64,000 nucleotides of DNA from the NCBI GenBank assembly GCA_963823035.1, contig CAWGKG010000012.1, positions 96,001-160,000 of the forward strand, read 5' to 3'. The stretch is from an uncultured Gemmatimonadales bacterium (GTDB lineage Bacteria > Gemmatimonadota > Gemmatimonadetes > Longimicrobiales > Gaopeijiaceae). The position numbers were made by a program, and so were the translations under genes. The notes beneath the pieces are model-generated. The model was not told the DNA's origin. It did not search any database and was given only the letters and a program-made list of their open reading frames with translations. This document shows positions 35,104 to 43,940 of this stretch, in pieces (positions within the stretch are counted from its first letter, which is position 1; each line of letters begins with the position of its first letter).

Positions 35104-36157
35104 ATGCCCCCGCACGACGCCGACGCCCCCACGGCGTTCCCCGACCTCGGCCTGCGCCCCGAGCTGCTCGCGCCCTCGACCGCGCCTGGGCTACGAGGAG
35201 CCGACGCCCGATCCAGCGCGAGGCGATCCCGCCGCTGCTCGACCGGGCGCGACCTGCTCGGCCAGGCGGCCACCGGCACCGGCAAGACCGCCGCCTTCGC
35301 CCTGCCCATGCTCCAGCGCCTCGGCCGCGCCGCGCCGGCGGCGCCGCGCCCGTCGGCGCTGGTCCTGGTGCCCACCCGCGAGCTGGCCATGCAGGTCGTC
35401 CGAGGCGATCCACCGCTACGGCCGCGAGCTCGGCGTCCGCGTGCTGCCGATCTACGGCGGCCAGCCGATCGGCCGCCAGCTGCGGCGCCCTGGAGCGCGG
35501 GCGTCGACGTCGTGGTGGCCACGCCGGGCCGGGCGCTCGACCACATCGGCCGCGGCACGCTGCGACCTCGACGGCTCGAGGTGGTCGTGCTCGACGAGGC
35601 CGACGAGATGCTCGACATGGGCTTCGCCGAGGACATCGAGGCGATCCTCGACGCGACGCCCGACCGACCGCCAGACCGTGCTGTTCTCGGCCACCATGCC
35701 GCCGCGCATCGACGCGCATCGCCCGGCGCCACCTGCGCGACCCGGTCCGGATCGAGATCGGCCGCGAGCAGGCCGCCGACGGGCGACGGCGCCGCTGGTC
35801 CGCCAGACGCGCCTACCTCGTCGCCCGGGCCCACAAGCCCGCCGCCCTGGGCCGCGTGCTGGACGTCGAGGCGCCCGACGGCGGCGATCGTCTTCTGCCG
35901 CACCCGGATCGAGGTCGACCAGCTCACCGAGACCCTCAACGGCCGCGGCTACCGGGCCGAGGCGCTGCACGGCGGCATGAGCCAGGAGCAGCGCGACCGG
36001 GTGATGGACCGGCTGCGCGGCGGGACCGCCGACCTGCTGGTGGCCACCGACGTCGCCGCCCGCGGCCTGGACATCGACCAGCTCACCCACGTCGTCAACT
36101 ACGACGTGCCGTCGGCGCCCGAGTCCTACGTGCACCGCATCGGCCGGGTGGGCCGGC
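35104..36157 (+). pseudogene. DEAD-box RNA helicase (DeaD/CsdA-like), frameshifted and truncated after motif VI
   Basis: [38 protein letters not shown], then abrupt change of sequence. Confidence 0.85.
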
Positions 36158-36570
36158 CTCGAGCACTCTCCGTGGGGCTGGAGGCGGCCCTGGTGAAGAG
36201 TATGCCCGTGCTGGCGAATGGGGGGCCACCTCTCCGCGACGGTAAGGACATCTTCGGCATCGAGGGAAGTCTGCACACCGTGCGGGGTTGGGTCGCCGCC
36301 TTCGACGGAGACCGGAAGCGCGCTCTGGCCGAGGCCGACAGCGCCGTCGCTCTTTTCGGTCCGGACGACGATTCGAACGACGGTCCGGCGTTTCTGAGGC
36401 AACGCGCCCTCATCCGCATCGTGGCTGGCGAGCCCGCCGGCGCGGTGGACGACCTGCAACGACTCCTGGGGATGCCCGGCCTCACCACCGTGTGGGAGCT
36501 ACGCCTCGATCCCATGTACGACTTGCTTCGCGGGCGAAAGGACTTCCAGGTGCTGGTAGGGCGCGAATAG
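36158..36570 (+). pseudogene. C-terminal fragment of an unrelated TPR-tailed protein, joined in frame to the helicase
   Basis: Helical TPR-like tail ending LTTVWELRLDPMYDLLRGRKDFQVLV; codon style differs from the helicase. Confidence 0.55.
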
Positions 36571-36713
36571 GGAAGGTCCCGGGCCCCTACCCCAGCAGAT
36601 TCGTCCGCCGCAGGAGCGCACGGAACCGGGGGTCGCTGTGGAGCGCGGCGAAGGATGGATGCGCGCCCAGATACGGCTAGCTAGCGCTGGCTGTAGGACG
36701 CCTGAGTACACCC

Positions 36714-37643
36714 CTAGGCCGCGGGAAAGGACAGCTCGACCTCGGCGCCGCCGTCCGGCACGTTGCGCAGCTCGATCCGCCCGCCCATCGCCTCGATCGT
36801 GCGTCGCGCGTGGGGCAGACCCAGTCCGAGGCCATCGTCCGTGGTGGAGTAGAAGGGGTCGAAGGCCCGCTCGAACGCCTCCTCGGTGAACCCCGGCCCC
36901 CGGTCTCGTACCCTGACCACACCTCGCCCCTCGCCCCCTTCCACCGTCACGTCGATGGTGGACGAGCCGCCGAAGCGAGCCGCGTTGTGCAGCACGAGGT
37001 AGAGCGCGTCCATGAGCGCCGGGGCGTTCACGTGGGCGCGCAGCGGCCGCCCGTCGAGGCGGAGCCGCACGCCGACGCCCTGGTCCGCCGCGAACTCACG
37101 CGTCACTTGCTGCACGAGCTGGGGCAGGTCCCGGCCCTCCGTGTCGCGCCCGGGCTCGGTCACGAAGAACTCGAGGTCCTGTAGGGAGCCCAGCGCGCGG
37201 TCGATGCGCTCGCGCAACTCATCCGCGTCCGCGTCGGGGGCGGCGCCGGCCAGCGGGGCCCGCACAGCCTTGTCGAGAAAGCCGCTGACCCGCCCGATGG
37301 CTTCGCCCAGCGCCTTCTGACGCTCCTCCTCACGAGGGGTCCAGCCGGCCTCCAGCGCCCCCTGTAGCTCCGCCTCGGGGCTGCCCGGCGCGGCGCCCTC
37401 CGGCCTCCGCCCGCGTCGTACGGCATCCGCGACGGACTTCAGGCGCTCCTCCGCCTCGGACCTCGCCTCACGTACTCCGGCCTGCCTTCCCTCGGAGAGC
37501 CCGTCGCGCCGGGCCGCTTCCCCGGCCGAGAGGCTCTCCTGACGGGCGGCCTCGCGACCGGCCGACCGACCGCCGGCGCGGCCGATCGCGTACCCCACGG
37601 CTCCGAGCACCACTGCCACGACGATCCAGACCGCTGTCTCCAT
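36714..37643 (-). CDS. Membrane-anchored histidine kinase-like ATPase (HATPase_c)
   Basis: N-terminal TM helix; N box LVLHNAARF, G1 VRDRGPG, F box FDPFYST, G2 GLGLGL. Confidence 0.85.
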   Translation of the reverse strand: METAVWIVVAVVLGAVGYAIGRAGGRSAGREAARQESLSAGEAARRDGLSEGRQAGVREARSEAEERLKSVADAVRRGRRPEGAAPGSPEAELQGALEAGWTPREEERQKALGEAIGRVSGFLDKAVRAPLAGAAPDADADELRERIDRALGSLQDLEFFVTEPGRDTEGRDLPQLVQQVTREFAADQGVGVRLRLDGRPLRAHVNAPALMDALYLVLHNAARFGGSSTIDVTVEGGEGRGVVRVRDRGPGFTEEAFERAFDPFYSTTDDGLGLGLPHARRTIEAMGGRIELRNVPDGGAEVELSFPAA

Positions 37644-37789
37644 CCTCTCGCCTCTCGCAACGCGTCGTTCTCCGAGCCCCGAGCCACCGTGGAATCCCCC
37701 GGTGGCAGCGCAGGGATCTTGGCACCGCCCCACCCCGGGTGCAACCGACGGTTGCCGACCTCCGGGACCGGATCTATCCTCGCCCGGAC

Positions 37790-38251
37790 ATGGACCCACT
37801 CGACAGACTCCGGGCGATCCTCGCGGAGAGCACGGACCCGGCCAACCCTCCCGCCGAGCGGATCGAGGCGCTCTTCCAGCGTCTGCATCGTCTCGCCGTG
37901 GTGGGCCTCTCGCGCGACCCCGCGAAGGCGGCGCGCCGCGTGCCGTCCTACCTGGCGGCCAAGGGCTACGAAGTCATCCCGGTGAACCCGCACGCCGAGC
38001 GGATCCTCGGTCGGCCCGCCCGCGCCACGCTCGACGAGGTGGAGGAGCCCCTCGACCTGGTGGTCGTCTTCCGCCCCTCGGCCCAAGCGGGCGCCTTCGT
38101 CGCGCAGGCCGCTGCGCGCCGCGAGGCGCCGGCCATCTGGCTGCAGGAGGGGATCAGGGCGGACGCGGCGGCGACGGCCGCGCGGGAGGCGGGTCGGCTG
38201 GTCGTCCAGGACCTGTGCGCGTACAAGGTGCACCGCGCGCTCTTCACCTGA
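37790..38251 (+). CDS. CoA-binding protein (YccU-like)
   Basis: AVVGLS, GYEVIPVNP, VFRPS, IWLQEGI, VVQDLC. Confidence 0.9.
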   Translation: MDPLDRLRAILAESTDPANPPAERIEALFQRLHRLAVVGLSRDPAKAARRVPSYLAAKGYEVIPVNPHAERILGRPARATLDEVEEPLDLVVVFRPSAQAGAFVAQAAARREAPAIWLQEGIRADAAATAAREAGRLVVQDLCAYKVHRALFT

Positions 38252-38287
38252 CGCAGCGGCGGGCGGCGCGCCGGCGTCGAAGGCGGG

Positions 38288-38746
38288 TCAGGCGCCGAGC
38301 GCCCCCGCGGCCAGCTGGGCGTGCCCCTTGGGCTTCACCTTGCGCCACGCCTCCATCACGATCCCCTCTTCGTCGATGAGGAAGGTGCTGCGCTCGATGC
38401 CCATGTACTTCCGCCCGTACATGCTCTTCTCCTTCCACACGCCGTAGGCCTCGGCCACGCTGTGGTCCTCGTCGGCCAGGAGCGGGAAGTTGAGGTCGTA
38501 CTTCGCCCTGAACTTCCCGTGGGAAGCCACGGAGTCCGGTGACACGCCGAGCACCACGGCATCGACGCCCTCGAAGCGGGGGAGCTCGTCGCGCAGCTCG
38601 CACGCCTGCACGGTGCACCCCGAGGTGTCGTCCTTGGGGTAGAAGTAGAGGACCACGCGGCGGCCGCGCAGCCCGGAGAGCGTGACGTCTCCCTCCTGAT
38701 CGGAGGGGAGGGTGAAGTCCGGTGCGGGTTTGCCCTTCTCGACCAT
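38288..38746 (-). CDS. bcp: Thioredoxin-dependent peroxiredoxin BCP
   Basis: APDFTL, YFYPKDDTSGCTVQAC, ERSTFLID. Confidence 0.95.
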   Translation of the reverse strand: MVEKGKPAPDFTLPSDQEGDVTLSGLRGRRVVLYFYPKDDTSGCTVQACELRDELPRFEGVDAVVLGVSPDSVASHGKFRAKYDLNFPLLADEDHSVAEAYGVWKEKSMYGRKYMGIERSTFLIDEEGIVMEAWRKVKPKGHAQLAAGALGA

Positions 38747-38814
38747 GCTTCCTCTCGCGGCTCCTGGGTCGTCGACGTCCGGAGGGCCCGCTACCCCGTC
38801 CCGCGGAGGGGGTT

Positions 38815-39492
38815 TCAGCCGGCCAGAGCCTGGGGCGAGGAGGTGTCGTCCGCCGCCGTGGACGGACCGTCCGAGAGCGTGCCTTCCCAGCGACAGAGCG
38901 CGTCCCCGCGCGCCTGACAGAGCACATGGGTGACGCGGGCCGTACGCCCCGTCGCGTGCTCCAACGTCGCCTGGCACAGCCCCGAGACCATCGAGCAGGC
39001 GTCACCCCCCGGATCGGCCTCGATGAAGAGGAGGGAACGCCCCTCGACCGAGAAGTGCCCCCGCCCGAATCCCCCGATCCGCCGCCCGAAGAGCGCCGCG
39101 AGCCGCCGGCGCACGCGTGAGCGCGCCAGGGCGAGCGCGACCCTGCCCGGCACGAGCCGCCGCCACGCACGCCGCTCCTCCGCGTCCGCCAGGGTGCGCC
39201 CCGCCCGGAGGAAGATGTCCTTCGCGTCCGGGCGCCGCGTGACGAGGCGGAACAGGTCGCGGATCTCCCCGTCCGTGAGACGGGCGCGCTTCTTCACATC
39301 CTCCCGATACGCACGGATCTGACGCTCGACCACGTCACTCAGGCCCAGCCGCCGCGGCATGGTGACGGACGGGTTCTCATCCTCCAGGATCTCCCCGGGG
39401 TGGTCGAGATCCCGAAGACCTTCGAGCAGCCTGAGCGCCACGACGGCCTGCACGCGGCGACGCGAGCTGTCTTCGGGGCTGGAGGAGGGCAC
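38815..39492 (-). CDS. Hypothetical protein with C-terminal V4R-like domain
   Basis: DACSMVSG...HVLCQARGDALCRWE cysteine pattern typical of V4R. Confidence 0.65.
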   Translation of the reverse strand: MPSSSPEDSSRRRVQAVVALRLLEGLRDLDHPGEILEDENPSVTMPRRLGLSDVVERQIRAYREDVKKRARLTDGEIRDLFRLVTRRPDAKDIFLRAGRTLADAEERRAWRRLVPGRVALALARSRVRRRLAALFGRRIGGFGRGHFSVEGRSLLFIEADPGGDACSMVSGLCQATLEHATGRTARVTHVLCQARGDALCRWEGTLSDGPSTAADDTSSPQALAG

Positions 39493-39686
39493 GTCGGTCT
39501 GAGTGGGGTGCGCGGGGCAGTCGGGGATCGTCGAGCCCGTAATCTCGGCGCCTCACGCCCCGTCGGCAACGCATGGGGCAAGCGCGCGACATTCGCCGGA
39601 TGCGCCCTGCCACAGGGCGGAGAGAGATTTTTCGAACGTGCCAAATTGAGAGTGACACTCATCCTGGGGCCGTGTATATAGATACT

Positions 39687-39817
39687 GCGTTCGAGACCCA
39701 AGGGTCGCGAATGTACTGGAGCGGGTGGAGTGTGGAAGGGCAAATCTCGTGGCCCACCCTGGGGGGGCTGGTTCTTTACGCCTCGAGACCCTTTCACCTC
39801 CCCCGCTCCTTTCTTTC
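39687..39817 (+). ncRNA. Candidate structured small RNA or leader
   Basis: GTGACA-N17-TATATA promoter-like signal, short hairpin, ~90-nt imperfect stem (GGAGCGGG 39718-25 / CCCGCTCC 39802-09), TTTCTTT tail. Confidence 0.4.
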
Positions 39818-39897
39818 CCCCCCGTCCGGTCCGGTCTTCCCCCCTGTTCCGGCGGCCCGATACCGCGGTACGGGTGCCCGCGGTACCTTACGGGCCC

Positions 39898-41017
39898 ATG
39901 AAGCGCTACGCCGCCTTCGATCCTCCGGAATACGTCTCCTGGACGGCCGACCCTCGGCTGGTGGAGGCGTACGGCCAACGGCTGCGGTCCGACCCCGGCA
40001 GGGCCGCCGAGCTCTCCTCGCTCGACGAGACCGGACTTTCTGGCGCTGTACCGCGACCTCCTGCGCACCCGCCTCCACGACATCGGGCTCAAGCGCTGGG
40101 TGCGCACGGGGGTGATCTCCAAGGCCTGGCTGGGCACGGGCGAGGAAGCCGTCACGGTCGGCACGGTGGCCGCGCTGGATCGCGCGCGGGACGTGGTGAT
40201 TCCCATGATCCGCAACGCGGGCGCGCTGCACATGATGGGCATGCCGCTGTCCGACCTCTTTCGCGGCTACCTCGCAACCGCCGACTCGCCCACGGGCGGT
40301 CGGGACCTGCACATCGGGGCGCGGGATCTCGGCATCATCCAGCCGATCAGCCACATGGGAACGAGCGTGACGGTGGTCGCGGGGGTGGCGCTGGCGTTCC
40401 GCAACCGCGGGGAGAGCCGGGTCGCGCTGACCTGGGTGGGTGACGGCGCCACCAGGACAGCCGCCTGCCACGAGGGCATGAACCTTGCCGCCGTACAGGG
40501 TGTGCCGGCCGTCTTCGTGATCCAGAACAACCAGGTGGCGCTGGGCACACGCGTGGACCAGCACACCCTGGGGGATCTCCGGAGATGGCCCGAGATGTAC
40601 GGAATCCCGTCGTGGAGCTGTGACGGAAACAACGTTCTCGACGTCTATGCGGCGACGCGCCTGGCGGTGGCCCGGTGCCGCGCCGGGCAGGGCCCCGCCG
40701 CCGTGGTGGCGGAGACCTTCCGAATGGGCGGCCATGCCACGCACGACGAGCGCGAGGCGCGGGAGACGTTTCCGCCCGAGCTGTTCGAAGCGTGGGGGCG
40801 GCGGGATCCGGTCGGGCTCTACGAGGCCCATCTCGCGGGGCGTGGCGTGCCGTCGGCAAGGCTGGCGGAGATCGAGGAGGAAGTGACCGCGGAGATGCAG
40901 CGCGCGGCCGACGAGGCCTTGGCCTCACGCGGCCGGGTGCCGGAACCGGAATTCGCCCTCTACGAGGGGTTCTCCGAGGGACGCGTTCTGATCGGGCTGG
41001 ATCGGCGCCCCATCTGA
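39898..41017 (+). CDS. TPP-dependent dehydrogenase E1 alpha subunit; one frameshift near 40035
   Basis: GEEAV, GDGAT...EGMNLA, NNQVA, DGNNV, FRMGGHATHD, RDPV. Confidence 0.85.
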
Positions 41018-41261
41018 TGGGACTTCTCGCGGTTTCCGGGGCGTGTAGCCAACCACCCCCCGCCGGCGTAGGTTAGGGGAGCGACTAAGCCGCATGGTCG
41101 TCCGGAGGGGCTCGTTCCGGCTCCAGCCCCTTGACGAGTAGTACATATTGTAATCTGGAAACAAGAATGATTCCTAGTTTCGGAGCGGGCGGATTCGGGG
41201 GTGGCTGCCCCACGAAGGCCGCCCTTTTCTGCCCGGCCGACCGCTCCTGAACGGACTGGAT

Positions 41262-41891
41262 ATGGTCAAAGCGAATCCGGAAGAACTCGAGAAACTGCTG
41301 GGGACCCGGCCGCTCGACGACCTTTCCGACGAGGATCTGGTCACGGCCCATCTGAAGGGCCGTCCCGGAGCCTTCCAGGAGTTGTACGAGCGGTACCGGG
41401 ATCGACTCATCCACTTCATCACGCGCAAGACCGGGGACTCCGATCGGGCGCAGGACCTGGTGCAGGAGGCGTTCATCCGCGTCACGCGGCACCTCCATCG
41501 GTTCGACACGTCGAAGAAGTTCTCGACCTGGATCTACACGATCGCGAGCAACCTCTCGAAGAACGAGTTACGCAACCGTTCTCGCAGCCCGCTGGTGCTC
41601 TTCCAGCGGCTGACGGGCAACTGGGAGGACGATCACCGTCCCCTCCAGTTCGAGGACTACTCGATGCGCCCGGACGACCTCTATCGGAAGCGCTATCTGC
41701 GCCGTCTGGTGGAGGACCTCGTGAAGGAGCTGCCCGAGCATCACCGGCTGGTCTTCCGGCTCCGCGAGCTCGAGGGAAAGAGCTACGAGGAGATCGCCGA
41801 GATCACCGGCGTCAACCTGGGAACCGTGAAGAGCCGTCTTCACCGCGCCCGGAACTCCTTCGCACAGCGCATCGAACCCTTCCTGAATTGA
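41262..41891 (+). CDS. ECF RNA polymerase sigma factor (RpoE-like)
   Basis: AFQELYERY, AQDLVQEAF, FSTWIYTIA, SYEEIAEI, GTVKSRLHRAR. Confidence 0.95.
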   Translation: MVKANPEELEKLLGTRPLDDLSDEDLVTAHLKGRPGAFQELYERYRDRLIHFITRKTGDSDRAQDLVQEAFIRVTRHLHRFDTSKKFSTWIYTIASNLSKNELRNRSRSPLVLFQRLTGNWEDDHRPLQFEDYSMRPDDLYRKRYLRRLVEDLVKELPEHHRLVFRLRELEGKSYEEIAEITGVNLGTVKSRLHRARNSFAQRIEPFLN

Positions 41892-41926
41892 CGGCCGACT
41901 GACGAGCGACGGCCTCCGAGCCGTAC

Positions 41927-41968
41927 ATGCCGGGTGTGGGGCAGGAACCCACACCCGGCATTATGTTG
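41927..41968 (+). terminator. Probable intrinsic terminator after the sigma gene
   Basis: 14-bp stem ATGCCGGGTGTGGG/CCCACACCCGGCAT followed by TATGTTG. Confidence 0.6.
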
Positions 41969-42079
41969 TCCACCGATTCCGCAGGCCCGAGTGAGCCGAT
42001 GGTCGAGGGAGGTGGCGCCGCGGGCCTCGGATGCAGGGAGGATCGGCGCCGACCCACACCACGAAGCGAACGACAAACC

Positions 42080-42736
42080 ATGTTCGAGAACCTCCGCAAC
42101 GCCTTCCGCGACGCCGTCGAGAACTTCAACAAAGAGCTCGCCCGCGATCAGGTACCCGAGACCGTCGACAAGCTCCTGAAGGGCATGCAGGGCGAAGTGG
42201 CCGACGCGAAGGTCCGGCTCCGTGAGCTCGAGGACCAGATCACGCGCACGGACGCCGAGGTGAAGCGCGAGAAGACCGAGGTCGCCACGGCACGCCGGCG
42301 CGGGAAGATGGCGCAGGGCATCGGCGATACGGAGACGGTCGAGATCGCGACGCAGTACGCGGCGCGCCACGAAGAGCGCCAGCATGTCCTCGAGCAGAAG
42401 GCCGTGGCGCTGCGCCAGGAGGTGGACCTGCGCCGCGAGGAGGTCGAGGAGATGCTCGCGAAGGTGAAAGAGGCCCAGGTCAAGCGGGACTCCCTGGCCG
42501 CCACCGCCGGGCGGAGCGGTGCCCGTGAGTCACTGGGCGCCGCCGACGAGCTCTTCTCCGAGCTCGACCGCATGGCGGAGAAGATCGGAGGCGAGGAGGC
42601 GAGGGCGCGCGCCGCCGAGTCGATGGACGACATCGACCTCGGGGGTGACTACGACTTCGAGCCCCCGCCGCGCGCTCCGGAGCCGAGCGTGGACGAGCGC
42701 CTGGCCGAGCTGAAGCGTCGGATGGGTCAGGAGTAG
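42080..42736 (+). CDS. PspA/IM30-like coiled-coil protein
   Basis: Long heptad helix, FDRM-like ELDRMAEKI, C-terminal VDERLAELKRRMG. Confidence 0.8.
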   Translation: MFENLRNAFRDAVENFNKELARDQVPETVDKLLKGMQGEVADAKVRLRELEDQITRTDAEVKREKTEVATARRRGKMAQGIGDTETVEIATQYAARHEERQHVLEQKAVALRQEVDLRREEVEEMLAKVKEAQVKRDSLAATAGRSGARESLGAADELFSELDRMAEKIGGEEARARAAESMDDIDLGGDYDFEPPPRAPEPSVDERLAELKRRMGQE

Positions 42737-42763
42737 CGCGCGGCCGACTCCCGGACGGCGAAG

Positions 42764-43261
42764 CTACTCCCCGCGCCCGGCCCCAGTCGCGAAGTCGCGC
42801 AGGAAGAGCAGCCCCGCGCACTCCCCCGCGAGGAAGAGGACGTCTTCGCGCTCGCGTCCGCCGAGGCCCTTCATCCGGTCGGCGCTCCCCTGGACGACGA
42901 GAAACCACCGCTTCCCGTTCCGCTCGCCGAGGTGGACCGCCAGCGAGCCGCGCACCGACTCGCTCAGGGCGGGCGCCTCTTCGCCGTGAAGCCCCGCCAC
43001 GGCGGATGTCGGGAACTCCCGGCGGGCCGGATCGTGCGCCAGGTCCAGCACCACGAAGGGCCGGAGGTCGGCGGCGGGGTCGATCTGCCAGACGATCGCG
43101 CCGCGCTCGCCCGACGCCAGATAGATGCTGCGCCAGAGGGGGAGCGCGAAGCGCGACCGCTCCCCGTCGGCGCCCCAGAGCGCGAAGGTCGACGCGGATG
43201 GCTCGTCTTCGCCGTCGCGCCGGCGCAGGTAGTCGCCCAGGTTGATGATGCCGTCGCTCAT
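42764..43261 (-). CDS. Hypothetical protein
   Basis: MSDGIINLGDYLRRR...; consistent GC3 bias, ends LFLAGECAGLLFLRDF. Confidence 0.7.
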   Translation of the reverse strand: MSDGIINLGDYLRRRDGEDEPSASTFALWGADGERSRFALPLWRSIYLASGERGAIVWQIDPAADLRPFVVLDLAHDPARREFPTSAVAGLHGEEAPALSESVRGSLAVHLGERNGKRWFLVVQGSADRMKGLGGREREDVLFLAGECAGLLFLRDFATGAGRGE

Positions 43262-43402
43262 TCGCTCAAGCTCCCAACGCGGCGGGCTCGCGTCAACGGG
43301 TGGGGCGGGCTTCGGTCTGGCCCACCCGAACGGGTTCGGGTAGATTGCCGCGGTCTTTTCCAAAGGAATCTCAGGGCCCGGCGCGAGCGGGCGGAGTCGA
43401 AG

Positions 43403-43681
43403 ATGCAGAACTGGATCGGCGTGGGGATCTGGATCGTCATGGGGGCCGTGGTCGGGCTCTCCATGAAGGTGTTCGTCAGGCGCCCCGAGGAGACGCCGGG
43501 TCACGCGCCCGTCCTGGCCGTGCTGGGCTCGTTCGCGGCCTGCATCGGAGGCATGCTGGGCGTCGGCATCTTCCATCTGTACGAGCCGCTCGCGATCAGC
43601 CCGGGAGGCATGGGCGCCGCCTTCGTGTTCGCCGCCCTCATGACGTTCATCTACCGCTGGGGCGTCCGCGGTCTGGTCTGA
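43403..43681 (+). CDS. Small membrane protein (GlsB/YeaQ/YmgE-like)
   Basis: GGAG RBS; three hydrophobic helices, WIVMGAVVG, IGGMLG. Confidence 0.75.
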   Translation: MQNWIGVGIWIVMGAVVGLSMKVFVRRPEETPGHAPVLAVLGSFAACIGGMLGVGIFHLYEPLAISPGGMGAAFVFAALMTFIYRWGVRGLV

Positions 43682-43940
43682 CGGGCCGCTCTGCCGCCAC
43701 TCCGATGACGCTGCAAGAAGACGAGGCGTCGGTCCCCCCGGACCGACGCCTCGCGCATATTCGCCACGGAGAGAGCTTGCCCGCCTTCCGTAGCGTGCTT
43801 CCATCGAGAGGCGCAACGGCCTCCCCACCCGGATGAAGCGCCGGGCGTCGCGTTCAGATGCGGGGCGCCACTCACGTCCACCCATCCGCCACCGCACGTA
43901 TACTTAGAGGCCCATCGACCCCAGAAAGGTTGCATTCGCG

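Noticed and set aside
34828..36570. Apparent novel DEAD-box helicase-TPR fusion protein
   Set aside because: The helicase is cut immediately after motif VI inside a zone of multiple abrupt joins; a chimera is more likely than a real fusion
41131..41181. Canonical sigma70 promoter for the ECF gene
   Set aside because: TTGACG is present but no -10 hexamer lies at 16-18 bp spacing; the AT-rich region is probably regulatory but cannot be parsed
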